Origin: Microgenomates group bacterium
Lineage (GTDB): Bacteria; Patescibacteriota; Microgenomatia; UBA10105; UBA927
NCBI GenBank assembly: GCA_049287205.1
Contig: JBAQFJ010000001.1
Span: 191,041-255,040, forward strand
Reading direction: 5' to 3'
Length of the DNA: 64,000 nt
Under the pieces are notes generated by a model. It was not told where the DNA came from and did no database searches. It saw nothing but the letters and a program-made list of their open reading frames with translations. This document shows, in pieces, positions 1-9,280 of this stretch. The stretch's first letter is position 1, and each line of letters opens with the position of its first letter. The translations under genes were made by a program, and so were the position numbers.

Positions 1-1
1 C

Positions 2-247
2 GAGCAATGTCCGGAATGCGGCAATACACTGGTCATACGAACCGGGAAATTCGGCAAATTCATTGCCTGCAGCAATTTTCCGACGTGCAAGTATACCAGA
101 CAGAAACTCGAAACGATTGATATGAAATGTCCGAAATGCGGGGGAGATATTGTAGTGAAAAAAACACGGTATGGAAAAACATTCTATGGGTGCAGCAATT
201 ATCCAACATGTACATTTGCTGCGTGGAAAAAAGAAGATATTAAATAG
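2..247 (+). CDS. topA: DNA topoisomerase I, C-terminal zinc-ribbon fragment (5' partial)
   Basis: The frame-2 translation [32 protein letters not shown]...[39 protein letters not shown] contains two CxxC...GCSN(F/Y)PxC zinc-ribbon repeats typical of the TopA C-terminus. The stop codon is at 245-247. Confidence 0.7.
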   Translation, partial: EQCPECGNTLVIRTGKFGKFIACSNFPTCKYTRQKLETIDMKCPKCGGDIVVKKTRYGKTFYGCSNYPTCTFAAWKKEDIK

Positions 248-252
248 GAAGT
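217..252. repeat. Left copy of a 36-37 bp imperfect direct repeat (tgctgcgtggaaaaaagaagatattaaataggaagt). It spans the topA stop codon.
   Basis: Seen directly. About 34 of 36 positions are identical to 1371-1406. Both copies keep the frame ...AAWKK(E/G)DIK*. Confidence 0.8.
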
Positions 253-316
253 AGCTTCGTTGTTAATCTTTAAGAAAATATTGATAATACCAGATAAATC
301 TGTTACAACAGAATAA

Positions 317-340
317 GCTTAATAGCTTTTTTTACTTGAG
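317..340 (+). terminator. Weak intrinsic terminator downstream of topA
   Basis: Stem aagct, loop taat, stem agctt, followed by ttttttt. The stem is short and AT-rich. Confidence 0.35.
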
Positions 341-343
341 TTT

Positions 344-1357
344 TTGAACGTATGTATGAGAGTATATATTGACGCAAATATTTATCTTCAATTATTTGGT
401 CCTGCAGGAGACAAAGCCGATTATATTGGAAAAATAATAAAATTAATAAAAGCAGGTGATGTTGTTGTGATATTTCCTAAAATTACTCAAAATGAGGTGT
501 TTCGGAATATAGGCAGTATTTATGATCAAAAATTACAAAAAACAAAGGTGAAAAAATCTGAATTACAGGATGTTGATGAAGATGACAATGATGATATACG
601 AAGAATAAAAAATAAACATATTCAAATATGTCAAGAAAGTGTGACTAAAGACCTTGCAATTTTTAGAGAAGAATACCAAAAAACTAAACAGTCGGTTTTT
701 AACAGTATTTTTAAGGATTTAAGATTTCAAACAGATGATTTTCCTGAAACTGATGAATTAGTGAGTAAAGCAAATTTTAGACACATAAAAGGGTATCCGC
801 CAGGAAAAGGACCACATATTGGCGATGAGTTGGCTTGGGAAATTCTTTTAACAAATTGTTTAGATGACGATTTGACGATTATAGCAACTGATCCAGATTG
901 GCGTGATAAGACTTCAGAAAAATTGATTCTAAATATGTTTTTGAGAGAGGAATGGGAACAAAAAACAAAGAAAAAAATAATTTTACAAAATTCATTAGGT
1001 GAATTTATTTCTCAATATCCAAAAGTCGGTAAAATAAAAAAAGAAGATATTGAAGCAGAAGAAAGAATGAATACAATACCATTTTATAGAGAGACTATGT
1101 TGTATGGCTTGACTGGAACAACTGGACCAACTGGACCAACTGGAATAGCTGGAACAGAGATGATGACAGGTGCCACGGGTCCAACAGGTTTTTATCAGAT
1201 TGGTACGATTAAGGGAGATACTGGTATCAGCGGAACATCAGTTAATCTTGGTACTTTACGACCAGTACGTTGTTTAAATTGTAATAGATCTTACTATGAT
1301 ATGCCTTCAGGTGGAGTATGTCCCGAATGTGGATTGCCAACATTAGTGTTTTTTTGA
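344..1357 (+). CDS. Hypothetical protein with an N-terminal PIN-like nuclease domain, a collagen-like GxT repeat region and a C-terminal CxxC...CxxC zinc ribbon
   Basis: The N-terminus VYIDANIYL...QNEV...IIATDPDW shows PIN-like acidic residue spacing (assigned by eye). The repeat region reads GLTGTTGPTGPTGIAGTEMMTGATGPTG. The C-terminus reads CLNCN...CPECG. The gene is markedly AT-rich and has no clear SD (Shine-Dalgarno ribosome-binding site). An alternative start is at 356. Confidence 0.55.
   Translation: MNVCMRVYIDANIYLQLFGPAGDKADYIGKIIKLIKAGDVVVIFPKITQNEVFRNIGSIYDQKLQKTKVKKSELQDVDEDDNDDIRRIKNKHIQICQESVTKDLAIFREEYQKTKQSVFNSIFKDLRFQTDDFPETDELVSKANFRHIKGYPPGKGPHIGDELAWEILLTNCLDDDLTIIATDPDWRDKTSEKLILNMFLREEWEQKTKKKIILQNSLGEFISQYPKVGKIKKEDIEAEERMNTIPFYRETMLYGLTGTTGPTGPTGIAGTEMMTGATGPTGFYQIGTIKGDTGISGTSVNLGTLRPVRCLNCNRSYYDMPSGGVCPECGLPTLVFF
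1112..1156 (+). repeat. In-frame tandem 9-bp repeat (ACTGGAMMA, five units) encoding the GxT collagen-like segment
   Basis: Seen directly: actggaaca actggacca actggacca actggaata gctggaaca. Confidence 0.75.
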
Positions 1358-1370
1358 AATTTTAGTTGAT

Positions 1371-1406
1371 TGCTGCGTGGAAAAAGGGAGATATTAAATA
1401 GGAAGT
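1371..1406. repeat. Right copy of the direct repeat (tgctgcgtggaaaaagggagatattaaataggaagt)
   Basis: Seen directly. It reads as a vestigial topA 3' end (IAAWKKGDIK*). Confidence 0.8.
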
Positions 1407-1447
1407 CACTTTGACAACGCTTGTGCACCTCGTAGTATGATAAGGAT

Positions 1448-1663
1448 ATGGAAGAGCGGACAAAAACTATCGCGGCGATCACAATACTTGTAGGTATTGT
1501 GGTTGTCATCATTGTTGTTGTCGGTATTCTGTTATCCTCAAAAAAAGTTATTTCCCCAGTTCCTGCGGAAGGATCGATAAAAATAATTTTTATTTCTCCA
1601 ACGCCAATTTCAGGATTGCCTGCAACACCATCCGCAACGCCAAAAATTCCATCTGGCAGATAA
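1448..1663 (+). CDS. Small membrane protein with one TM helix and a Pro/Ser/Thr-rich tail
   Basis: ORF with a hydrophobic segment IAAITILVGIVVVIIVVVGILL. No homology was recognised. Confidence 0.4.
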   Translation: MEERTKTIAAITILVGIVVVIIVVVGILLSSKKVISPVPAEGSIKIIFISPTPISGLPATPSATPKIPSGR

Positions 1664-1688
1664 CAGAGTAATTTGATACGTTTAACAT

Positions 1689-2300
1689 ATGCAAACGATA
1701 GGTATTATTGATACAGCTGTTTTTTATGCGATCAATCAGCTTCCACACGGATGGTTGTCAGACGGATTTTTTGGCATGCTTTCCGGTCTTGGAGACAGCG
1801 GGTTTATCTGGTTGATGATCGGTATTTGGCTTATTTTTCGTGAAGAAAAACGGGATAAACGTTTTTTTCTCCCTCTTGGAATTGCAGGAGGTATGAGTTG
1901 GTTTTTATCGGAAATACTTATTAAATCCATTGTTGCCCGCCTGAGGCCATCCAATGCGCTTGATCATGTTATCTCAGTTGGATTTCCCAACGGGTATTCA
2001 TTTCCATCATCCCATGCAACGCTTGCGTTTGCGTTCGCTGTCGTACTTTCTTATAAAGAGCCAAAGTTGAAAAAATTCTTTTTCATTTTAGCGATCCTTA
2101 TAGGGTTTTCCCGTATCTATTTGGGGTACCACTATCCAGGTGACGTGCTTGCAGGAATCGCCTTGGGTCTTTTGATCGGGTATCTCACCACTCTTTGGTA
2201 TAGACAGAGCAAGAAAAAGAAGCAAAAGGGATTGAAGAAAAGTACACGGTCAAAAAAATATCAAAAAATGCCTCCACAAAAACACCGTCATCGCAGATAG
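1689..2300 (+). CDS. PAP2-family phosphatase, likely an undecaprenyl-diphosphate phosphatase
   Basis: PAP2 motifs KSIVARLRP, PSSH and SRIYLGYHYPGDV are present. The protein has multiple TM segments. Confidence 0.85.
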   Translation: MQTIGIIDTAVFYAINQLPHGWLSDGFFGMLSGLGDSGFIWLMIGIWLIFREEKRDKRFFLPLGIAGGMSWFLSEILIKSIVARLRPSNALDHVISVGFPNGYSFPSSHATLAFAFAVVLSYKEPKLKKFFFILAILIGFSRIYLGYHYPGDVLAGIALGLLIGYLTTLWYRQSKKKKQKGLKKSTRSKKYQKMPPQKHRHRR

Positions 2301-2327
2301 ATGGGCGTTCATTGTATAATACAACAG

Positions 2328-2870
2328 ATGAAAATGAATGCGAGTCAGCTTCGAACGCAACCAGTTGATATGGAGGTTGCAACATCAATTACAAAAAATC
2401 CCATTACCATTATTTTAGATAATGTACTCGATACGTATAATATTGGATCCATTTTCAGGCTTGCCGATGCAGTAGCAGTAGAAAAAGTGTATCTTTGTGG
2501 TGCAACAGAAATGCCGCCAAACACGAGGATCAAAAAAGCATCCATCAATACGTGTGAATGGGTGGATTGGGTATATACAAAGACAACCCTTGAGGGGCTT
2601 GCTGATTTTCGGAAAAATCATCCTGACGGGCAAATTATCGCTGTTGAGCAAGACAAAAAGAGTGTTCCGTTTCAAGATGTGGTGTATACAACGCCAATTG
2701 CAATTATCGTTGGTAATGAGACATACGGTGTAAGCCGCGAAGTATTGGAGAACGTCGATACGATTGTAGAACTGCCGATGTTTGGCATTAACACGTCACT
2801 GAATGTCATGGTAACGACGGGGATAGTGCTGTACGACATTATTAGAAATACACACAACAAACCCTCGTAA
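2328..2870 (+). CDS. SpoU/TrmH-family RNA 2'-O-methyltransferase
   Basis: Motifs ILDNVLDTYNIGSIFRLADA, IVGNETYGVS and ELPMFGINTSLNV are present. The start is uncertain (2328, 2334 or 2370). Confidence 0.8.
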   Translation: MKMNASQLRTQPVDMEVATSITKNPITIILDNVLDTYNIGSIFRLADAVAVEKVYLCGATEMPPNTRIKKASINTCEWVDWVYTKTTLEGLADFRKNHPDGQIIAVEQDKKSVPFQDVVYTTPIAIIVGNETYGVSREVLENVDTIVELPMFGINTSLNVMVTTGIVLYDIIRNTHNKPS

Positions 2871-2931
2871 TAAATACACCAAAAGAAAGCTTACCGTTTT
2901 GTATCTCCCTTCCATCAATTACTGCATCGCG

Positions 2932-4335
2932 TTACCGGTATTTCCGGTTTGCGTATAGGTAGGGTATATAGGTGCGGAGTGATCTTTTTTCTGACAGGCC
3001 GTTTAGTACTGTATAGATCAAATAGAACCAGAGCCGAAATAGTATATTTGATTTCCACCCGACAAGTTTTTTAATTATTGGCATGAGTTTTGGAAACTTA
3101 ACAGCGGTTTGAAAAAAGAAAAGCATATTCTGTACATAATTGGCGTTGAGTTTTTTGAGTATTGTTCTATCAAGAATAGTTTCGGGTAAATTGGTGAAAT
3201 CATAGTCTGCGTCTAGATATCCGTGTTTTTTTGCGATATCCACTATCTTGGTTCCTGGGAATGGGGTAAAAATTGCAGCTCTTGGATAATCTGTTTTCAT
3301 GCGTATATTCATTTCAACTGTTTCCCACATTTCATTTTCGGTTTCTGTTGGAAGTCCAAGCATGTTGAATGTTTTAAATTTAATGTTGTGTGCATGAAGG
3401 GATTCTGCCATCGTTACGAGATAGTCGTTTGTATAGTTGCGCTCCACAACTTGTTTTCGCACACGGGGTGAACCTGATTCGACTCCAATGGAGACGCTGC
3501 AACAGTTATATTTCGCTAAAATAGCAATACAGGCGGGTGTTGTGAGTTCTGGACGAAGTAGCATGACAAAAGGCAATGTAGTGATTTTCGTATATTCGTT
3601 GAATACGTCATTCATCCATGGAAGATCGATCCCAAAGGAATCTGATGCAAAAATGATTGGATTGGGGGGAAAATATTGGAGTGCTGCCTGTATTTCTTGT
3701 ATTGAGCGTTTGACGCTGAAATGTCTAATGTATGGGCCTAATCCATGATACAGCTCGCGTGTTTGTTCATTAAAGCAGTAATTGCAAGAAAATGGACAAC
3801 CCCGGATCAGAAATACTGTTGGTGATCCATAGAGGACTGCCGTATTTTTGTAGCAGGACCAGTCAATAAGTGGAATGGTATCGAGCGGATAAACCAATGG
3901 ACGAAGTGGATTTTTAAACACTTTTTTCTTGCGTTTCACCCAAAGGTTTTTAATATGGGTAATTGGTTTTTTTTGATCGATTGCATTTAAAAGGTCTACG
4001 AGCGCAAATTCACCTTCGCCCCTGCAGATGTAATCAATTGGTTTTTCATGAATCACTTCTGGAAATAATGTGGGATGCGGACCGCCTAAAATAATTGGTG
4101 TTTTTGTTATTTTTTTTATGCTCCGGCAAATGTCGAGTGTGTCATTCATGAAGCTGCTAAGGCAGGAAAAACCGATCAGATCAGGTTTTTCATGAGAAAG
4201 TTTTTCTAGAATACGTTTTTTATCAGTGCTTACGATAAGCAAAAACTGGTGGCCAGCTGTTTTGGTGGCTGCGTGTAAATAGGCAGTACCGCAATACGGC
4301 GCTGTTTGAAGTTGAATCATGACTATTTTTGCCAT
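2932..4335 (-). CDS. B12-binding-domain radical SAM protein (class B rSAM, probable methyltransferase)
   Basis: An N-terminal B12-binding-like region is followed by a CxxxCxxC cluster RGCPFSCNYC. Length is 467 aa. Confidence 0.85.
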   Translation of the reverse strand: MAKIVMIQLQTAPYCGTAYLHAATKTAGHQFLLIVSTDKKRILEKLSHEKPDLIGFSCLSSFMNDTLDICRSIKKITKTPIILGGPHPTLFPEVIHEKPIDYICRGEGEFALVDLLNAIDQKKPITHIKNLWVKRKKKVFKNPLRPLVYPLDTIPLIDWSCYKNTAVLYGSPTVFLIRGCPFSCNYCFNEQTRELYHGLGPYIRHFSVKRSIQEIQAALQYFPPNPIIFASDSFGIDLPWMNDVFNEYTKITTLPFVMLLRPELTTPACIAILAKYNCCSVSIGVESGSPRVRKQVVERNYTNDYLVTMAESLHAHNIKFKTFNMLGLPTETENEMWETVEMNIRMKTDYPRAAIFTPFPGTKIVDIAKKHGYLDADYDFTNLPETILDRTILKKLNANYVQNMLFFFQTAVKFPKLMPIIKKLVGWKSNILFRLWFYLIYTVLNGLSEKRSLRTYIPYLYANRKYR

Positions 4336-4419
4336 TCCTATTACAATACACTAAGTACCAAATTATATGCAATTTTGCTCTATGCGTTGCGTTTACATAC
4401 ACTGGAAGTTTTTATTCGT

Positions 4420-5418
4420 ATGATTAGACCATTAGCACGCTTTAGAAAATCTATCTTTATCGTGTTCGTGTTACTAGAAGTAATGTGTATTTTTTTTCTC
4501 GTTCGTTATATTATCATCAAACAAAAGGGACTATTTCAAATTCATCCGTTGGCGAGCTTTGCACCTACGTCAAAGAGTAGTACACCGTTACAATATTATT
4601 ATGAGTTGACTCCCAACACCCAAGCATACGACCACGCTTCATGGCTTACTCAGGATGTTGTATATCACTATAACGCTGATGGTCTTCATGAGCGATTTGA
4701 TTATCCGGTGCAGAAAGACGCCCACGTGTATCGCATCATTACATTGGGAGATTCATTTACTTTTGGTATGTGGGTGAATACAGAAGCGAATTTTTCTGAG
4801 CTACTGGAAGATGCATTGAATACTACAGCTTCTTGTCCAGGGATTGATAGGTTTGAAGTGATTAATCTTGGCGTTCCCGGATATGATTTGCATTATGCGT
4901 TCCAACGGTTTGAGGATAAGGGGAGTAAATATGCGCCTGATGCCGTTATTTGGTTTTTACGAGGGGAGAATTTTATTCTTCATACGGAACTATACCGTGA
5001 TTTAGAAGAAACGTATAAAAAAACTCTAAAAGAAAAAACTGTAGAAACCTCTGATCAATCAGATATGTATGCTGCTTCCACATTGGCGTATCAAGCATAC
5101 ATGGATGCATATGCTACCTATTCTGCTGAAAAACAGGAGCAGATTAAGCAAGAAGAATTAAAGAACATCACAGCGTTATCTAAACGGTATAGTATTCCAA
5201 TAGTGCTTGTAACGCTTGAAGAAGAGTCGGAAGAAAATAAAAAAAGTATGCAGCAACTAGCATTACGCGGAAAAAATATTTGGTATGATGCAGTTGTTGG
5301 AGCTGATACATTTCATCCAAACGATTACCATTTAAACGCCCCAGGACACACACGTATCGCGCAAACCGTTTTTACGTTTTTACTATCTCATTTTCTGCAA
5401 TCATGTCGAATGCAATAA
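4420..5418 (+). CDS. Membrane-anchored SGNH/GDSL hydrolase, paralog 1
   Basis: N-terminal TM helix; GDS block ITLGDSFTFG; C-terminal DxxH (NDYHLNAPGH). The internal ATG at 4420 is chosen over the 4306 start. Confidence 0.75.
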   Translation: MIRPLARFRKSIFIVFVLLEVMCIFFLVRYIIIKQKGLFQIHPLASFAPTSKSSTPLQYYYELTPNTQAYDHASWLTQDVVYHYNADGLHERFDYPVQKDAHVYRIITLGDSFTFGMWVNTEANFSELLEDALNTTASCPGIDRFEVINLGVPGYDLHYAFQRFEDKGSKYAPDAVIWFLRGENFILHTELYRDLEETYKKTLKEKTVETSDQSDMYAASTLAYQAYMDAYATYSAEKQEQIKQEELKNITALSKRYSIPIVLVTLEEESEENKKSMQQLALRGKNIWYDAVVGADTFHPNDYHLNAPGHTRIAQTVFTFLLSHFLQSCRMQ

Positions 5419-6420
5419 ATGGCACATATGCAAAAAGCTCGAGGAAAAATATTTATCGTATGCATTTTTGCAGAATGCCTCAGTATCGCCATACTTTGTG
5501 TCTATATTATTGCCTTACATAAAACGCAGGCGATGCGAGCATTCCATGTCCTTCCTTTGTCTCAGAATACTGTCCAGTTTCCGATAGATACGGCGCTTCG
5601 CTATTACTATGAATTAGCACCAAATACTACGAAAATAGATGATTTTGCTTACATGCGGCTGACCGGCAAAGCGGTTCATACTATTAACGCGGATGGATTA
5701 AACGAAAGAATGATGTATGCGCTATCAAAACCTATTACCACATATAGAATTGTGACAGTTGGCGACTCTTTCACTGAAGGCGCGTTTGTTGATACAAAAA
5801 ATAATTATTCGGAAGTTTTGGAGGATATGCTCAATAGTAGCGTACAGTGCCCTTCTTATCAGCATTTTGAAGTTATTAACTTGGGTGTTGCCGGATATGA
5901 TATGCAATATAATCTTGAACGATTTAAGCAAAAAGGACTGAAGTATGATCCAAATCTTGTTATTCTTTGGACAGACGAAAATGATTATGTTGCCAATAAC
6001 GAAAAATATTACGCCTTGGTTGATACGTGGGATCCAGTGAAAGAATCGCCTGAAATTATTGCTTTATATCAATCTCAAGGTGACTTTGCGCCAGAGTCAA
6101 ATGCTGTCTGGTATAAATTTAATTCGTTATATACAAGGACAACACTTGTTGCGGAAGAACTGACGTATCTTCGTAATTTTATGCAGTTTGTTCAGAGTCC
6201 ATTGATCATTTTTTCATTGAGCCGGACGCCGAAAGACATTCGGCAATCAATCCAAACGATGGCGTATCAACAACAGGGAGCATTCTATTTTCCTGAGATA
6301 CCAGATGTGTATGATAAATTTCCTGATGACCACCCCTCTGTTGTAGGACATACGCAGTTTGCGGAATTTTTATATAGAAAGCTTCAGTCTTCTGTTCTTA
6401 CCGATTGTGTTTTTCGGTGA
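5419..6420 (+). CDS. Membrane-anchored SGNH/GDSL hydrolase, paralog 2 (tandem duplicate)
   Basis: IVTVGDSFTEG and DDHPSVVGH are present. It shares the YYYEL(A/T)PNT...NADGL(H/N)ER region with paralog 1. Confidence 0.75.
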   Translation: MAHMQKARGKIFIVCIFAECLSIAILCVYIIALHKTQAMRAFHVLPLSQNTVQFPIDTALRYYYELAPNTTKIDDFAYMRLTGKAVHTINADGLNERMMYALSKPITTYRIVTVGDSFTEGAFVDTKNNYSEVLEDMLNSSVQCPSYQHFEVINLGVAGYDMQYNLERFKQKGLKYDPNLVILWTDENDYVANNEKYYALVDTWDPVKESPEIIALYQSQGDFAPESNAVWYKFNSLYTRTTLVAEELTYLRNFMQFVQSPLIIFSLSRTPKDIRQSIQTMAYQQQGAFYFPEIPDVYDKFPDDHPSVVGHTQFAEFLYRKLQSSVLTDCVFR

Positions 6421-8092
6421 TTATTTTTCGTACTGTAAGAATTTCTAGACAGGTAAAAAGCAATAATAATGCGTACGCGCCAGATGTATAGGAATTGGCG
6501 TTTGTATTTGTCGGTGATTTGACTGTTCCAAAAAAAGCGACAATAAAATAAAAAAATAATGAACAAAGGAGGAGTGAAGCCTGAAACCAGTCGGTGATAT
6601 TTAGTTTTTGTTGTTTGAAGAGGCGAATGAGAAAATGCATATAGAAAAATATAAATAGCATCGGCATAATTTTTTGATACCAGATACATATACTTCTAAA
6701 CGTTATTGATGTGAGAGTTGAGCGTTGCTGCGTATCCGTTTTTTGTGTCAGAATAATTCCTCTTGTTATTTCTCGAAAAAGTGCAATTTGATCACTCGGT
6801 CCCTCACTGTATTTTGGAATCGTGGAGATGTCGAGTTTATTTGCAAGAACACCTGTTTGGATAGTGTTAACAAATTGTTCATAAAACTGTTGACGGTCTT
6901 CGGGACTGAAAAAAGTAAATCCGCTTATTGGAAAAAGTCCGCAGGTAATATATTTTGCGGTACACGCGGCATTGATTTCTTTGGTGAGCTGTTCAAAAAA
7001 AAGTTGTTCATCTTTTTGTGATGGTTTGGTGATTTTCCAAACAGCGTCTCGAAGTGCAAAATGAAAAGCGCCACCAGCAAGTTCATGTTCTTCCGGTGGT
7101 ATCCCTGTCCAGACAACGCTGTTTTGCGCCCAATCATATCCGCCTTGTCCTTCAAAAAATGGTTGGAGCTTTGCAAATGTGGGACTTACGGTATAGAGGA
7201 TGTGTCGGGTTTGTTTTGGAAGACTAATGAGTGGGTTGTGTACATCAGGCTGTATGCGCAATAACACAGAAAAGGCGCTTGCATAGCTTGGGTGAGAAAA
7301 TTCCCGCGTTGTATAGATGCCATACATATGTTTGTTTATGGCACTGAGCGCATGTGTTCCAAGAAGAAAGATGGCGAGTGGAAGCAGAAGAGGGATAATA
7401 TATTTTTTTGATATTTGTTTTTCTTTCCATGTTATCCAAGATGAATATCCATAACAGACAGCAAGAAGCGGCAGCAAAAAAAATCCTTCTTCACGGTAAT
7501 ACCAAAAGAGGAAAAAGAATATGCCAAGAGCGCTTGCGTAGAGAAGTCTTTGTCTATATACCTTGGAGATAATAAGACCGAAAGCACTGAGCGCGACAGC
7601 CAAACTTAGTGCTGGATAGAGCGCGGATCGGGTAATTTCAAAAAATGTTTCATGGTCAAACATAAACGGATTAAACAGAATGATCGTATAGAGAGGTATA
7701 AGAAGCCATTTGTTTCTAACAAACTGCAACACGCAGGCAAGAAACAACAGCGACGCCATACAATAGAGAAGTGTTTGTGCGATGGTAAGTGGAATATGAA
7801 GCATATACGCCCCAGTGATAAATAATGGAAAAACTGGTCCTCTGGTTATGATGCGTTCATTGTATGGTCCAAACCAGTTGCCAAGCGCAAGAGATTTTGC
7901 GTTTGTAATATACAGTTGCATGTCATGCGGTGATGGTGTGATGGCAACTATTTCTCTATCTTTAATTAACCAAATGCGAAACAGAGATATTGCCAGGATA
8001 ACCATATAGAAAATTATTGAAGAAATGGCAGAGTGGTTTTTTATGTGAACGTGCAGATTCTTTTTCATGTGTTTTGTTATACCAACAAGCAC
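6398..8092 (-). CDS. Polytopic membrane protein, GT-C-fold (ArnT/PMT-like) glycosyltransferase candidate
   Basis: The protein has more than 10 predicted TM segments and a large extracytoplasmic loop. An HDMQLY motif lies near the first loop. The start is uncertain (8092 or 8068). Confidence 0.6.
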   Translation of the reverse strand: MLVGITKHMKKNLHVHIKNHSAISSIIFYMVILAISLFRIWLIKDREIVAITPSPHDMQLYITNAKSLALGNWFGPYNERIITRGPVFPLFITGAYMLHIPLTIAQTLLYCMASLLFLACVLQFVRNKWLLIPLYTIILFNPFMFDHETFFEITRSALYPALSLAVALSAFGLIISKVYRQRLLYASALGIFFFLFWYYREEGFFLLPLLAVCYGYSSWITWKEKQISKKYIIPLLLPLAIFLLGTHALSAINKHMYGIYTTREFSHPSYASAFSVLLRIQPDVHNPLISLPKQTRHILYTVSPTFAKLQPFFEGQGGYDWAQNSVVWTGIPPEEHELAGGAFHFALRDAVWKITKPSQKDEQLFFEQLTKEINAACTAKYITCGLFPISGFTFFSPEDRQQFYEQFVNTIQTGVLANKLDISTIPKYSEGPSDQIALFREITRGIILTQKTDTQQRSTLTSITFRSICIWYQKIMPMLFIFFYMHFLIRLFKQQKLNITDWFQASLLLCSLFFYFIVAFFGTVKSPTNTNANSYTSGAYALLLLFTCLEILTVRKIITEKHNR

Positions 8093-8098
8093 AGATTA

Positions 8099-9274
8099 TT
8101 ATCTGTTTTGTAATAATTCAAATATTTTTGGATAGAGTATTTCGGCAGCCGATTGATTTCCTAAGGTATTGAGATGCGTATCTTGAGGTTGATAGTATTG
8201 TGTTGCTAATTCGTCTTTTTTCCAAATTTCAAGTAAATTAATATATTGAATATTTTTTTGATGAAAATAATCCATTAATAATCGTTGTGGTAAATCTACT
8301 TCAAATGAATCTACAGATCTATGTAATCGTGAGGCAACTTTCGTAAGTAACTCACTATTTACTTGCATTTCCTCTGGAATGATTAAAACTAAAAATTGTG
8401 CATTTGCCTGTTCAGTCAATTCTTTCATATGAGTAATATATTGTTGAACACGTGGTAATGAGAGGTATATTGAGCTATTTGGTAGAAAAATTGATGCTTT
8501 GTGAGTTTCAATCTCCAAAAAATTTTCCAATGAAAATGTTGGCTCATTGGGATTATAAGATGAATAACTATCAATCCCCAACGATCCATACGAAGAGGAT
8601 GAACTGGTTTGATTTGCCATCATAGAGGTTCTACCAAAACGTATGGTGTAATATAAATTTCGTGTTAACGATACAATTTTTGATTGATAGAACATGAAAG
8701 GAAGAAGGTGGGGTTGTTTATTTTTTTCATCTGCATAGCGTTCTATATTTGTATGTGTGTCTAAAAAATCATTTCCGACATAAAACGCAAGAAGAACAAT
8801 GTCTGGTTGATAACGTATTCCTTCTAAAGAAAGAATAATCGTTTCAGTCGGCGGCCCAATGCAAGGCAACGCAAGATTAATGGCTTGAAATTTATTTGAA
8901 TAATTTGATTGAACATTTTTTTCTAAAAGGTTGATAAATAATTGATTATATGGAATGGGTCCAACTGATTGAGAGTCTCCAAGTAATACTAAGCGTTTGG
9001 TATCTAATGGTTTAGCGTATGGGGTTTCAGGTGTTCTGAATCCCTTAGAATTAAGAACAAATCCATATAATTCATATCCTGGCGGAGTAGGGCAATCAGA
9101 CAAAGTCCATAATCCTTGCCAATCAATGTTGGTTACGTACCGATTTTGCTGATACGGATTGGTGGTAAAAAATAATAATTTAGGTGATATTTTTTCAGCT
9201 TCACGAAGAAAAAGTTCCGATAGAACAAAAACAAAAAAAATTCCGATTATGCTATATAACAATTGTTTTACCAT
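8099..9274 (-). CDS. Membrane-anchored SGNH/GDSL hydrolase, paralog 3
   Basis: VLLGDSQSVG and DTHLNTLGN (DxxH) are present. There is an N-terminal TM helix. Confidence 0.75.
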   Translation of the reverse strand: MVKQLLYSIIGIFFVFVLSELFLREAEKISPKLLFFTTNPYQQNRYVTNIDWQGLWTLSDCPTPPGYELYGFVLNSKGFRTPETPYAKPLDTKRLVLLGDSQSVGPIPYNQLFINLLEKNVQSNYSNKFQAINLALPCIGPPTETIILSLEGIRYQPDIVLLAFYVGNDFLDTHTNIERYADEKNKQPHLLPFMFYQSKIVSLTRNLYYTIRFGRTSMMANQTSSSSSYGSLGIDSYSSYNPNEPTFSLENFLEIETHKASIFLPNSSIYLSLPRVQQYITHMKELTEQANAQFLVLIIPEEMQVNSELLTKVASRLHRSVDSFEVDLPQRLLMDYFHQKNIQYINLLEIWKKDELATQYYQPQDTHLNTLGNQSAAEILYPKIFELLQNR

Positions 9275-9280
9275 TGGTGG

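Larger units (their letters stand above)
253..1370. mobile_element. Putative ~1.1 kb integrated mini-element or gene cassette at the topA 3' end, bounded by the 37-bp direct repeats
   Basis: The direct repeats duplicate the topA 3' end in the attL/attR manner of site-specific integration. The insert is a single AT-rich gene. No integrase is present. Confidence 0.35.

Noticed and set aside
3223-3748. Antisense ORFs inside the B12-rSAM gene. Similar antisense ORFs lie inside the carbamoyltransferase (9446..10559), glmS (22616..24353), rseP (32685..33341, 218 aa), frr (31727..32269, 180 aa), acd (50140..51478) and other strongly supported genes.
   Set aside because: The opposite strand in each case carries clear family motifs. 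The antisense frames are compositional artefacts of long genes.
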